Shown: piece after piece, positions 11,145-23,459 of the stretch
Layout: each line of letters begins with the position of its first letter
How positions within the stretch are numbered: the stretch's first letter is position 1
Assembly: GCF_963921235.1 (NCBI RefSeq)
Contig: NC_086097.1
Span: forward strand, 21,950,001 to 22,014,000
Reading direction: 5' to 3'
DNA from: Mobula hypostoma
Lineage: Eukaryota
Length of the DNA stretch: 64,000 bases
Notes under the pieces: model-generated
Databases searched by the model: none
Told to the model about the DNA's origin: nothing
What the model saw: only the letters and a program-made list of their open reading frames with translations
Program-made: the position numbers and the translations under genes

Positions 11145-11795
11145 CATAAGACATGGGAGCAGAATTTGGCCTTATGCCCTTTATCGTCTGCTCCGTCATT
11201 CCTTCATGGCTGATTTATTATCCTTCTCAACCCCATTCTCCTGGTTTCTTCCTGTAACCTTTGATGTCCTGACTAATCAAGAAACTTATTAACCTCCATT
11301 TTAAAGATACTCAATGACTTGGCCTCTACAGATGCCTGTGACAATGAATTCCACAGATTCATCACCCCTAGCTCAAGAAATTCCTCCTCATCTCTGTTCT
11401 AAAGGGATGTCCTTCCATTCTGAGGCTGTGCCTTCTGGTGCTCGACTTACCCACTATAGGAAGCATCCTCCTCAAATCCATTCTATCCATACCTTTCAAT
11501 ATGTGATAGGTTTCAATGAGATCCCCCTTCATTCTTCTAAACTACTTCATGTACAGGCCCAGAGTCATCAAATGCTCTTCATACTGTATGTTAACACTTT
11601 CATTCCCCGAATCATTCCCATGAACCTCCTCTGGAATCTTTCCAATGCAAGCACATCTTTTCTTAGATTAGGGGCCCAAACCTGCTCGTAATATTTCCGT
11701 GTGATCTGATCGATTCTTTATAAAGCCTCAGCATCACATCCTTGCTCTTATATTCTAGTCCTCTTGAAATAAATGCTAACATTGCATTTGCCTTG
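11145..11795 (-). mobile_element. CR1 3' fragment
   Basis: Reverse complement of the CR1 3' region and tail seen at 26300-26945. Confidence 0.85.
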
Positions 11796-11799
11796 TTAC

Positions 11800-12360
11800 A
11801 GAAAAAGAGTGCAAAAAAGGAATAGGAAGGTATTGTTCATGGCACTGTTCTGAAATCTTATGATGGAGGAAAGAAGCTGTTCTTGAAATGGTGAGTGTGC
11901 ATCCTCAGGCTCCTGTGTCTCCTCCCTGATGGTAATAATGAGAAGAGGGCATGATCAGGTTCCTCAATGGGGGATGCCACTTTCTTGAGGTACCACCTTT
12001 TGAAGATGTCCTCAATGATGGGGAGCCTTGTGCCCAAGATGATCCTACAACCTTCTGCCGGCTTTTCCAATCCTGTGCATTGGAGCCTCCATGCCAGGTG
12101 CTGGTGCAACCAGTAAGAACGTCTTCATAGGACGTCTGGGGAAATTTGTTATACTCTTTTCTGACATAGCAAATCTAATTTAATTCTTAATGAAGAGCTG
12201 CAGGCATACCTTCTTCATGACTGCATCAATGTGAAGATCCCAGGATAAATCCTCTCAACTGGGTCCAAGATGGATCATCTGAGATGTTAATGCCAGGAGT
12301 AGAAAGCTGCCATTCTCTCCACTCCTGATCCCCATGTGCAAACTGGCCCGTGTTCATCCT
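11800..12360 (-). mobile_element. Rex1/Babar-like LINE 3' fragment, old
   Basis: LPIIEDIF...HALFSLLPSGRRHRSL...FKNSFFP. Confidence 0.75.
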
Positions 12361-12394
12361 TTTGCTCCCTTCGTTAAGTCAACTATCGTTTCTT

Positions 12395-13170
12395 TAGCAA
12401 ACCTGCAAAGAGTAGTGGATATGGACCAGTCCATCACAGGGAAAGCCCTCCCTACCACTGAGCATGTCTTCATGGAGTGTTGACACAGGAAAACAGCATC
12501 CATCATCAGGGACCCCCACCACTCAGGTCATACTCTCTTCTCGATGCTGCCATCAGAAAGGTGGTACAGGAGCCTGAGGACTCACACCACCAGGTTCAGG
12601 AACAATTATTACCCCTCAGCCATCAGGCTCTTGAACCAAAGGAGATAACTTCACTCAACTTCACCTGCCCCATGACTGAAAAGTTCCATAAGAGCATAAG
12701 ATATGGGAGCAGAATTAGACCATATGGCCCATCGAGTCTGCTCCACCATTTCATCATGGTTGATCAGTTTTCCTCTCAGCCCTAGTCTGAGTATCCCCTC
12801 ATGCCCTGACCAATCAAGGATTTGTCAACCTCTGCCTTAAATATACATCAGGACTTTCCCTCTACAGCTGCCTGTGGCAACAAATAGACACACAACCTAT
12901 AGACTTACTTTCAAGGACTCTTCACCTCATGTTCTCAATATTTATTGCTTTATTATTATTATTATTATTATTACTTCTTCTTCCTTTTTTGTATTTGAAC
13001 AACTTGTTCTCTTATGCACACAGTTTGTACACCCAGTTGGTGTAGTCTTTCAGGGGTTCTATTATGGTTGTTGGATTTATTGAGTATACTTGGAAGAAAA
13101 TGAATCTCGGGGTTATATATGGTGACATACAGTATATGTACTTTGATGATAACTTTACTTTGAACTTTAG
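12395..13170 (+). mobile_element. Rex1/Babar-like 3' fragment split by a minus-strand CR1 tail (about 12687-12885)
   Basis: LQRVVDM...DPHHSGHTLFSMLPSERWYRSL...FRNNYYP nucleotide signature; (ATT)n at about 12950-12973. Confidence 0.65.
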
Positions 13171-13779
13171 TTTTACTGACGTTGAGAGAAAGATTGTTGT
13201 TGCAGCACCAATATTCTGTAAGTTGTCAGCTCCTAGCTTCCGATTTATCAACTTACTAATTTCTCCAATACTCATATTTAACTAATGCCAATGCCTTTAT
13301 TTAATTTTAGAGCTTCTGTTCTCCACTACTTCCAGCAGGTTTTTTGTGCCTTCTTCCAAAGACAAACACAAATTGTTTTTCTGACATTTCCTTATTCTAC
13401 AATATAATTTCTGCTCTATTTGTCAGTAAAGGACACACATTAAATATTGCTAATATTTTTCTTCTTACATATCAGTCACTTTTTTTTGCCCAAAAATTAG
13501 TTTCCTATTATATTTTCAATTTCCTTATCAGGTTCTTGGCGCTGCTTTGGTGAATTGTGAAGTTTTCCCAATCCTCAGGCTCACTGTTATTTTTATCAAC
13601 ACTATAAGCCTTTGCCTTTGATCTAATACTATGTTTAACTTCTCTTGTTAGCCGTGGGTGGGCCACATTTTCTGTTCACTTTTGTTTTGCCTTAAAGGGA
13701 TATTCATTTGCTGCAAACTTTGCAGTAAATCTTTAACTGATAGCCCTCGTTTATTGTCATTCCTTTAAATGTTGGTTCC

Positions 13780-14320
13780 CAATCGAGCATAGCCTCCAAC
13801 CTGATGGCATGAATAGCAATTTATCTAACTTCCAGTAATTGCTCCCCACCTCCTGTTCTCTCTTTTTCCCATTCCCTATTCTATCTTGTCTCTTACCCCT
13901 TTTCTTCTCCAGCTCCTTCTGGTGCCTCTCCTCCTTCCCTTTCTCCAATGTTCCACTCCCCTCTCCTGTCAGATTCCTTCTTCTTCAGCACTTTACCACC
14001 TTCAACTCTTACCTCTGAACATCTCACTTCATCCCCCTTTAGCTACCCACCTGCCTTCCCCCTCACCTGGCCTCACCTATCACCTACCAGCTCGTGGCCA
14101 GAGATAAGCAAAAATATCTGCTAGGGCCTCTTAATTTCTTCTCTAGAAACACACACAAAATGCTGGAGGAATTCAGCAGATTCCCCTTCCCTCCTCTCCC
14201 CCCCCCCCCCACCTTCTTATTCTGGCCTCTTCCCCCTTCCTTTCCAGTCCTGATGAGGGGACTTGGCCTGAAACATTGACTGTTTGTTCCTCTCCATAGA
14301 TGCTGCCTGGTCCGCTGAGT
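13780..14320 (+). mobile_element. PLE 3' fragment with decayed hammerhead at 14245-14282
   Basis: agcctccaacctgatggcatgaa (SLQPDGMN), a pyrimidine tract, then CAGTC-CTGATGA-GGGGACTTGGCCT-GAAACATT-GACTG. Confidence 0.8.
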
Positions 14321-16012
14321 AAAGGGAACTACAGAGGCATGAGATAGGAGCTGGCCAAGATATCAGGGATGAGTCAGTGGCTGTTGTTTACTTGGATTCT
14401 CAGAAGGCCTTTGACAAGGTGCCATGCTTGAGGCTGCTTAACAAGATAAGAGCCCATAATATTACAGAAAAGATACGAGCATGGATACAAGATTGGGTGA
14501 CTGGTAGGAGGCAAAGAGTGGGAATAAAGGGGGTCTTTTCTGTTTGGCTGCCAGTGACTTAGTGGTGTTCTGCAGGGGCCGGTATAGAGATTGCTTCTTT
14601 TCATGTTATATGCCAATGATTTGGATGGTGGATATAATACATTTGAGGGGCAGGTAATGTTGGGGAAGCTGGGTGTCTGGAGAAGGGTTCCGGCCCAAAA
14701 CGTTGACTGATTGTTTCTACGGATGCTGCCCAACCTGCTGAGTTCCTCCAGCTTGTTGTGAGTGTTGTCTGGAGAAGGTCTTAGGTAGATTAGGAGAACG
14801 GGCAAAAAAGAAATTTAGTGTAGGGAAGCGTATGGTCACAAACTTTGGTAGCAGGAATAGAGGCATCGACTATTTTGTAAATGAAGAGAACATTAAAAAT
14901 CAATGCTGCAAAGGGATTTGAGAGTCCTTGTGCAAGATTCCCTAAAGAAGGTTGAGTCTGTGATGAGGAAACAAAGGCATTGTTTGCATTCATTTTGACA
15001 GGACTAGAACATAAGAACAAGGATGTGATGCTGACAGTTTATAAGGCGTTGGTCAGACCGCACTCTGAGTATTGCCAGCAGTTTTGGGCTCCTTATCTCA
15101 GAAAAAAATGTGCTGACATTGGAGAGAGTCCACAGGAGTTCATGAGAATGATTCCAGGAATGAAAGGGTTAACACGTAATGGGCGTTTGATGGCTCTGGC
15201 TCTACACACGCAAGTTTAGAAGAATGAGGGAGATCTCATTGAAACCTATCAAATACTAAAAGGCCTAGGTAGAGTAGATGTGGAGGGGATTTTTCCTATT
15301 GTGGGCGAGTCTTGGACCAGAGAGCACAGCCTCAGAACAGAAGGACGTCCATTAGAACAGAGATGACGAGGAATTTCTTCAGCACAGACAACTCTGGATG
15401 CCAAGTCATTGGGTATATTTAAAGTGGGGGTATATACAAATACCCATGAATAACGCTGTGTCCTTTGGCTAAATTCATCGATATTCATGTATGATTGAAC
15501 TTAAACCTGAAACTTGAACTATGAGAAGTTCTTGATTAGTAAGGGTGTCAAAGGTTACAGGGAGAAGGCAGAAGAAGGCAGAAGGGGTTGAGAGAGATAA
15601 TAAATAGGATGGAACGGTGGAGCAGACACAATGGGGCATATGACCTAATTCTACTCCTATGTCTTGTGGTCTTATGGTCTTGTAATAAGACGCACAGATA
15701 GAGTAGCCAGCTGAAGACTTTATCCCGGGGTGGCAATAGCTAATATGAGGAGGCATCATTTGAAGGTGATTGGAAGAAAGGGGGATGTCAAAGTAGTTTT
15801 TTCACTCAAGGAGAGGCAGGTGCATGGAATGCCCTGCCAAGGATGGAGGGTTGAGCTGGATACATTAAGGAGATTTAAGGGACTCTTAGATAGGGGTCCA
15901 TGGCATAAAAAAGGTTGGGAACCCCCGGATTGATCTCAGAGTTGGTTGAAATGTCCACACAACATCATGGGCTGAAAGGCCTGTATTGTGCTCTAGTGTT
16001 CTGTGTTGTATA
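14321..16012 (+). mobile_element. Patchwork of CR1 ORF2 and 3' fragments with an embedded pLTR piece (about 14680-14765)
   Basis: VYLDSQKAFDKVP, VYKALVRPHSEYCQQFWAPYL and two separate 3' tails. Confidence 0.8.
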
Positions 16013-16914
16013 TCTTGCTACATTTGACAATAATAAATCAATATCATCAGCTCACCAAACCTGTTCTTAGAAGTAAATGTTGAGCTTTAGCATCAGTTTT
16101 ACTTTTTAACAATTTTCGACATCCCGTGCTCAAAGGTAGAAATGCTCAGCTATAGACTGATAGTGGTACTCTGTGCTAATCCACTGGCATCAAGTATAAA
16201 CCTTGTGGGCCCAAGTGCCAAACTGCTCTGTGTTCTACATGGTACGTTTAACTCCATGATTCTAAAGGAGGTATTGTACTGAGGGAAGGCAGCATTGATC
16301 GAGTTATATTGAAGGTGTGTTTTCTTGCCAGGGTTACCATACTGAGAGTGTGCTGCACTATCAGAGATGTTGTTCCAAGTGTATGCTTTACAGTCAGAGT
16401 GGCCATCCTGAGGGGCTGGAGACCTGTGTGACAGTGAGTGCATGCCGCATTATTGCTGGCCCTGCAAAGGAGAAGGTCGCAGTCTGAAGGAGCCCACAGA
16501 TGCTGCCTGAGTTCTTCCGTCATTTCGTGTGCATTGTTCAAGATTTCCAGCATCTGTAGAATCTCCAGCGTCTCTATGTCCATTATAACTTTGTATGAGG
16601 TTCATTTCTCAGCTGGTTTGCGTGTTGTACTATGTTGTATTGAGGAAGTGTGGCACTTTTGGAGATACTGTATTGAGGGATTTCTGCATAATCAGAGTGT
16701 ACATAGGTGAGTAAATAGATATCATGGATAGCTCTGGGACCTGCTCCATTCTCTAGAGCTCTTTAATAGTTCACAGTAAGCTCCCGTAAACAATGACAAT
16801 AGCTGATTGGATTGTTATGTTGCAGTTGAACAAATGAATGAAGTCACTACTGAGGTAAATTCAAGTGGATCCATTTAGGCAAACATGCAAATCTAGAGAC
16901 TGGATTTTCCCTTC

Positions 16915-17215
16915 AAATCTATCCTCATCCACAAGCTACCCCATCCACGAGTTACCCCATCCATGATCAACCCCATCCGTAATCTACACCATCCATGATC
17001 TACCCCACAGCATGATCTTCTCCACATTGTGAACTACCCCACACCATGGTCTACCCCATCAACGACCAACCCCACAGCATGATCTGCCCCACACCAGGAT
17101 CTATCCCAACACCACGAACTACCCAATCTACAATGTACCCAACACCATGATCTATCCCAGAGCATAATCTGCCACATACAACAATCTACCCTGTATCTTG
17201 ACCTGCCCCATATCA
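16915..17215 (+). repeat. Minisatellite, about 16-18 nt unit (ATCTACCCCATCCATG-like)
   Basis: Degenerate tandem units visible directly. Confidence 0.85.
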
Positions 17216-17281
17216 CGATAGATTCCCTCTGTGATCGACATTGGCATTAGTCCACCCTTCTCATTATTGGCCCCTTACTGT

Positions 17282-18083
17282 TGTCACGTACCCCGTGACG
17301 GGTTAAAGAACCAGCAGAAATGGAGAACACTTTGGAGTCCAGTATTGCTATTAACAAATGGTATTTATTAGTAACTACGCAATACAAATGCAGATATATC
17401 AAATAGGTTAGCAATGATTAAGTATATAAGTAAGTGTGGAAATATATGAAAACCAAGCTTCTTCAAGTCTAGGGGTAAATAAATAGTCTTACGATGATGA
17501 GTAAAGTTCAGTTCAGTTCGTGGTATTGAGTTAAGTAGTGATGGAGAGAGAGAGATTTGAGTCTTCAAGTGAGCTGATGCCATCGATCTTCCCATTGTCC
17601 TCTGAAATCCTTTAGAAGTCACCGACTGTGACCACAACAAAGGGGACCGTTCTTCTGTGGTGGAATTATCAACCCAGGCGAGGGTCGGACACACAAATAA
17701 CTCCCCACCAGTCACACCCTTTTCACACTGCGAGAGCCACTGATCGATCCGCCTGATCGATCCTCCAAAACCCACCTTTTTTGTGGGGCACAACAAAGCT
17801 CATTCAGTGTCCAAAACCATGTGTCTGTAGGTCTATCATCTGACCTTCTATTTATCTCACCGTGCTGAATACCAACTGTCTCTCAAACAGCTCCTCCCTT
17901 CTCTCTCTGTAAGAATTTCCAAGCAGGCAGCGTCCTTGTAGAAAGTATAAACATGCTGTGAGCAGTCTTCCCCTCTCTCTCTCTTTCTTTCGCTCTCTTT
18001 TTAACAAGGTGTTTGTGTTGGGCACTTCTTTCTCTCTCTTTTCAAAAGCACAGTTCATAGGGGTAATTCAGGACCCTGTCACA
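17282..18083 (-). mobile_element. Solo LTR (802 bp) related to the LTR at 873-1736
   Basis: TGTCACG...TGTCACA ends with a perfect 4-bp TSD CTGT (17278-17281, 18084-18087). Shares blocks with the first LTR (cgtaccccgt, gtctaggggtaaat, gtcaccgactgtgacc). Confidence 0.92.
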
Positions 18084-19544
18084 CTGTGAATTCAGTCTGT
18101 AGTTGTAGCCATACTGTGATGGACAGTCTATTTCGTACCTCCCCCCCCCCCATAGGCCTGTATCACAATCAGCCAATTGCACAATTGGCTGGCACAGATC
18201 ACTGCATGTCAACAGGGTGAATTATAAGAGATATCTGGTACTAATTCCCAGTGGGAGAGTCATTGGGAAGTGGACACAGGTGCAAAATGTTCGACTTATG
18301 GAAGATGAAGAAGGATAATTTTTTTTCCTTTTCCTATTATTTCTGGGTTTTAGTCTTCCCATCAATGACTCAGGAGTAATTTTTCTTGCGCAATAATACC
18401 TGTCCTTAGGCCATCTTGCAGTACCCTCCCTTTGTTTTCCTTTATAACCAGGCTTCAGCTTATATTCCACAGCTTCATTCCCAAACTGTGGTTCAACCTT
18501 TGATGATATCCTGTTCAAAGGTAGATCGGCAGTTGCCCCTTTGAGGATTGAATTTATTCCCATCCTTTGCAATAAGTCAGTTGAATCTCACTGGGAATAA
18601 GTATTGATAAGAAGTTGCCATCAGCAGCAGTTGGATCAATTGCAAACATTTAAAGCTCTATAATCAGGAATTTCAGTGCTCGAATATAAGCTGCAGATAA
18701 CTTCGCCCCAGTTGCAGGTTTCACACATGCAAAGGTTGAATAAGGAACTCCTCCCTGGAGCACAGGAGAATGAGGCAAGATCTCTTTGAGATACAAGATC
18801 ATCAGAGGGTAAATGCATGCAGGTGCGGTGAGATTAGAACTAGGGGTCATAGGTTTAGGGTGAAAAGTGAAATATTTAAGGGGAATCTCGGGGGGGAGAA
18901 CTTCTTCACTCAGAGGGTAGTGTGAGTGAGGAATGAGCTGCCAACAGAATTGGTAGATTGTAACATTTAAGAGAAGTTTGGATACTGTAGGTTCATGGAT
19001 GGAAGTGGTTTGGAGGTCTATGTCTAGGTGAAGATAGATGGGTCTAGGCAGAAGACCAGGCCAGCACAAACAAGATGGGTTGAAGGGCTTGTTTCATAGA
19101 ACACAGAACATAAAACAGAGAAGAGTATGGCAGAAGAACAGGCCCTTCAGCGCACAATATCGTGCTGAACCAATTAAATTAGTAACAAAAGGTTAACTAA
19201 ATGAACCTCTTCAGCCTACACGGTGTCCACATCCTTCCATTTTACTCACATTCATAGGCCTGTCTAAACTTCAATTAAAAGTCCTTTATGTTTCTGCCTC
19301 TACCACCACCCCAGGCAGACCATTCCAGGCACCCACCACCCTCTGTGTAAAAAACTTGCCTCTCACATCTCCTTTGAACTCAGTCGAAGTTTCAGGTCGA
19401 GACCCTCTCTCCATCTGTCCATTTCCCTCAATACTGTTTGACCTCCTGAGTTCCCCCAGTAGCTGGTGTGTCATTTCAGAGCCAGTCACCTTGGCACACA
19501 TTCTCTCCTGACAGGCATCAGCCAGCCAGATTTTAACAATAATC

Positions 19545-20045
19545 CTAAACACAGGAGATTCTGCAGATACTGGAAATCCAGAGCAACACACACAATGCTG
19601 AAGGGACTCAACAGGTCAGGCAGCCTCTACGGAGGGAAATAAACAGTCCACATTTTGGGTCGAGACCCTTCATCAGGACTGGAAAGGGAGGGGGAAGACA
19701 ACAGAATGAGAAGGTGGGGGAGGAGGTGGAGGTGATGGGTGAGATGAGTTGAGGGGGAATGTGGGTGGGTGGAGGAGGTGGGAGTGAAGTGGGAACCTGG
19801 GAGGTGACAGGGATTGAGAAGGAATATGATAGGAGAGGAGTGAGGACCATGGAAGAAAGGGAAGGAGGCGGGCACCAGTGAGAGGTGATGGGCAGTTGAG
19901 GAGGGGTAAGGGGGGGTCTAGAACAGGGAATGGATAAAGAGAGAATGGGAGGGGAAGAAATTACTGGAAGATAGAGAAATCAGTCATGTTGTCATGTTGG
20001 AGACGACCCAGATTGAATATGAGTTGTTACTCCTCCAGCCTGAGA
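19545..20045 (-). mobile_element. PLE 3' fragment with decayed hammerhead at 19644-19681
   Basis: Minus: CAGTC-CTGATGA-A-GGGTCTCGACCC-AAAATGTG-GACTG followed by pLTR. Confidence 0.8.
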
Positions 20046-20139
20046 CAATAATCTAGCAGCTTTGTTGCCGTTATTGAGTTGTGGTGATTCTTGCCTAAGT
20101 TTAGTTTTCTTAAGGTATTGGAAAAAGATTCACCAATGT

Positions 20140-20615
20140 TCCACACGATCCTCCAAGTTCACTGGACAGATAAGCAGAGCAACATCAGTGTCCTCTCTGA
20201 GACCCTGCACTGATTCCCTTGTCACTTCCAGTGGCTAATTTGGGCTGGCCCAACACTACTAAGTGCGAGGAGACGACTGGGTCTCCATGACAAAAGATTT
20301 AGGTAGGCACTACACAAGCTTACTGGAGGAAGTGGAACAGCACCATTGTCTCTGGGGAACTTTTGTGCATGACTGCTCCTTGATGGAGAAGGTGCATTAG
20401 AAATTGTTCATGGTCATGAACTGGGAAAACACAGAAGTCCTGGATAAGAGATGGAAGGATTGCAGCACCTTACAAACTATCCACCCGCTCCACTCATCCT
20501 GTCAGCCAGTTCCTGCCCCATCTGTGGAAGAGACATTCTTCCCCTCAGGGCCTCATGAGTCGCCTCAGAACCCACCAAACCAGAGTGGAGCAGGTCATCC
20601 CTGATACTGAGGAGA
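20140..20615 (+). mobile_element. RTE-clade LINE 3' fragment, heavily decayed
   Basis: WAG-like motif at about 20240 and a terminal CPICGR...GLMS.LRTH zinc-finger-like end. Confidence 0.6.
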
Positions 20616-20904
20616 AGATTCCTAACCAGTTTAAGATTTCAGATTACTGACCAGATTTAATTTCCACAGCTGCTGTGGTAGTATTTGAACTCAGTTCTCC
20701 ACACCTTTAATCCAGGCCTCTGGTAACTTCAGAATCAGAATCAGGTTTAACATCATTGGCATATGTCACGAAATTTGTTGTTTTGTGGCAGCAGTACAGT
20801 GTAATGCATAATTTAAAATACCATAAATTACAAGAAGAAAATCTAAATCAGTAGTGCAAAAAGAAAGCAAAAAGGTGAGGTAGTATAATCTTCTATAATC
20901 TTAT

Positions 20905-22130
20905 AGATTCCCACAGCTATCTTGATGATACCTCTTCCTGTCCTGACTCCTGTAAAAATGCTACTCACTTTTCTCAGTTCCTTCGTCTCAGCTGCATCTG
21001 TTTCCAGAATGAAGCTTTCCTTTCCCGGACATCAGAATATCCTCCTTCGTTCAAAGAACAAAGTTTCAGTTTCTCCACCATTGATGCTGCCCTCATCTGC
21101 AATTCTCCATTTCCCGGACATCTGCACTCACTCCATCATCCTGCTGCCTTAACACAGATTGAGTTCCTCTTGTCCTCACGTACCACCCCATCAGCCTCGA
21201 CATCCAACACATCATTCTCCGCATCTTCCGCCACCTTTAACAGGACTCTACCACCAAACACACCTTTACCTCCCCCCCTCCCCACTCTTCATTTTCCACA
21301 GGATCACTCCCCCAGTGACTCTCTTGGCCATTCGTCCTTCCCCACTAATCTCCCTCCTAGCACTTACCCGTGCAGGCGGTCAAACTGCTACACCAGCCCA
21401 TTCACCTCCTTCCTGGGTCCTAAGCTTGCCCTTCCAGGAGAGGCAACACTTCACCTGCGAACCTTTTAGGGGTCGTCAACTGTATCCAGTGCTCCCGACG
21501 TGGCCTCCTCGACATTGGTGAGACCCGACATAGGTTGGTGGATGACTTCGTTGAGCACCTCCGCTTCATCCGCAAGAAGTGGAAATTCCCCTGGACAACC
21601 GTTCTTATTCCTATCCCCTTTCCTGTTCCGACATGTCAGTCCATTGCCTCCTCATCTGCCACTGTCAGGATGGAAGAGCAACACCTCATGTTCCATCTAG
21701 GTAGCCTCCAACCTGATGGCATGAACATTAATTTCTCCAACTTCTGGTAATTTTTCCCCTCCCCTCCCCTCCTCTTTAATTTCCCACTCTGGTCTCTTAC
21801 CTTGTCTCCTCACCTGACTATCACCTCTCCCCGGTGCCCCTCTTCTTCCCCTTCTCCTGTAGTGTATTCTCCTCTCGTATCAGATTCCCTCTTCTCCAGC
21901 CTTTTGCCTTTTCCACCTATCACCACATCCCAGCTCCTTACTTCATCCCCCAAACCCCACCCACCTGGCTTCACCTATCACCTTCCAGCTTCCCCTCTTT
22001 CCCCTCCCGCCACCTTCTTATTCCCTTCCTTACTGACCCTGATGATGGTTCCCAGCCCAAAATGTCAAGTATTTGTTCATTTTCGTTGATCCTGCTTGGC
22101 CTGCTGAGTCCCCCCAGCATTTTGTGTGGA
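20905..22130 (+). mobile_element. Penelope-like element: RT thumb, GIY-YIG and 3' repeat, frameshifted
   Basis: SCKNAT.FSQFLRL..I.S, QERQHFTCE, IGETR, FVEHLRFI, MEEQHLMFHLGSLQPDGMNINF; degenerate hammerhead at about 22035-22070. Confidence 0.88.
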
Positions 22131-22479
22131 TTGTTCTGGAAGGAATAGGCTGAAGATGAGGGGATTTAAAAGGAACCTGAGGGGCAATTTTTTTTTTGCA
22201 CAGAAGTTGGTCAGTCTATGAACTGTCGGAGGCTGGTACAGTGATGACACTTAAGAGGTATTTGGACAGCAATATGGACAGAAAAGGTTTTGAAGGATAT
22301 GGACCAAACCCAGGGAAATGGGACTAGCTCAGTTGCCATGGACAAGTTGGGCTGAGGGGCTTGTTTCCATGCTGTATGTCTCCATGCACTGGAACACCGA
22401 GCTTCCCGAAATATATTTGACAGATGCTGATAAAAGCCATCAAGGAAGTTTGTTTATTTTTAAATTTTATTTTATTGAA

Positions 22480-22750
22480 ATACAGTGTGAAATAGGCTCT
22501 TCTGGCCATTTGAGCAACCCAGCAACCCCCCCCCCCCCCCCAATTTAATCCCTAGCCTAACTACAGGACAATTTACAATGACTAAGTAACCTACTAGTAG
22601 GGATGTCTTTGGACTGTGGGAGGAAACCAGAGCACCCGGAGGAAACCCATGTGGTCACGGGTAGAATGTACAAGTTCTTCACAAGCAGCAGGCAGGAATT
22701 GAACCCCAGGTCATTGGTACTGTAAAGTGTTACGCTACGGTGCCAACCAC
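22480..22750 (-). mobile_element. V-SINE-like tRNA SINE
   Basis: Core GGGTTTCCTCCGGGTGCTCTGGTTTCCTCCCACAGTCCAAAGAC and B box GGTTCAATTCC on minus. Related copies at about 7080, 8090-8270, 36015-36230, 48500 and 55970-56220. Confidence 0.8.
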
Positions 22751-23459
22751 AAATGCGCTCACCTGTAAAAATGTGTGGTCTCATCCCAGTTCTCTGACAC
22801 TTGTTTTATTGACATTTTGAGACCTTCCACAATTCTGGGATATCCAGAATGTTCTTTTTTTTCTCAGTTTTATACATGACATATCATTGCAACATCACTT
22901 ATTATTGTACATTTCCAGTTTTAACTTGGTAACAGAGTCAGTTAATCAATTCACTCAGCAGAACATCTGTCTTACCTCAGAACGACAGCTGTTAAATGCC
23001 ACTCAAGAAGCAAAAGACAGATGCTTCTGCCTCAGGAGGGCTGATCCTAGAAACACTGAGGTCTCCCTGTCTCGGGTGTCACCAGCCAAGAGGCTGGCAA
23101 TGGGCAAAGGTGCAAATATACCACAGCTTTCTCAAGTCTGTCGCTCTGTGTTGGTCGGTGGCGATAGGATTGTTCTATTCGACAGGGGGAGGAAGGAATT
23201 GTTCTCATAGAAGAAGAAGGGCTTGATTTAATAGAGTGCTCAAAAACATGCCAGATTTCTCAGGAGCATTCAGAGATAATAGAACATAGAACATTACAGC
23301 ACAGCACCATGTTGTGCTGACCTTTTAACCTATTCTAAGATCAATCTAGCCCTTCCCTCTCATATAGTCTTCCATTTTTCTTTCACCTAAGAGTCTCATA
23401 AATGTCCCTCATGTATTTGCCTTGAACATCACCCCTGGCAGTGCATTCCTTGCACTGGA

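Noticed and set aside
16408..16445. GAGDL peptide resembling the preceding ADCK1 exon
   Set aside because: An in-frame TGA lies immediately upstream and the similarity does not continue.
18222..18572. 116-aa ORF in unique sequence
   Set aside because: Non-ATG start, no domain motif and no supporting splice pattern.
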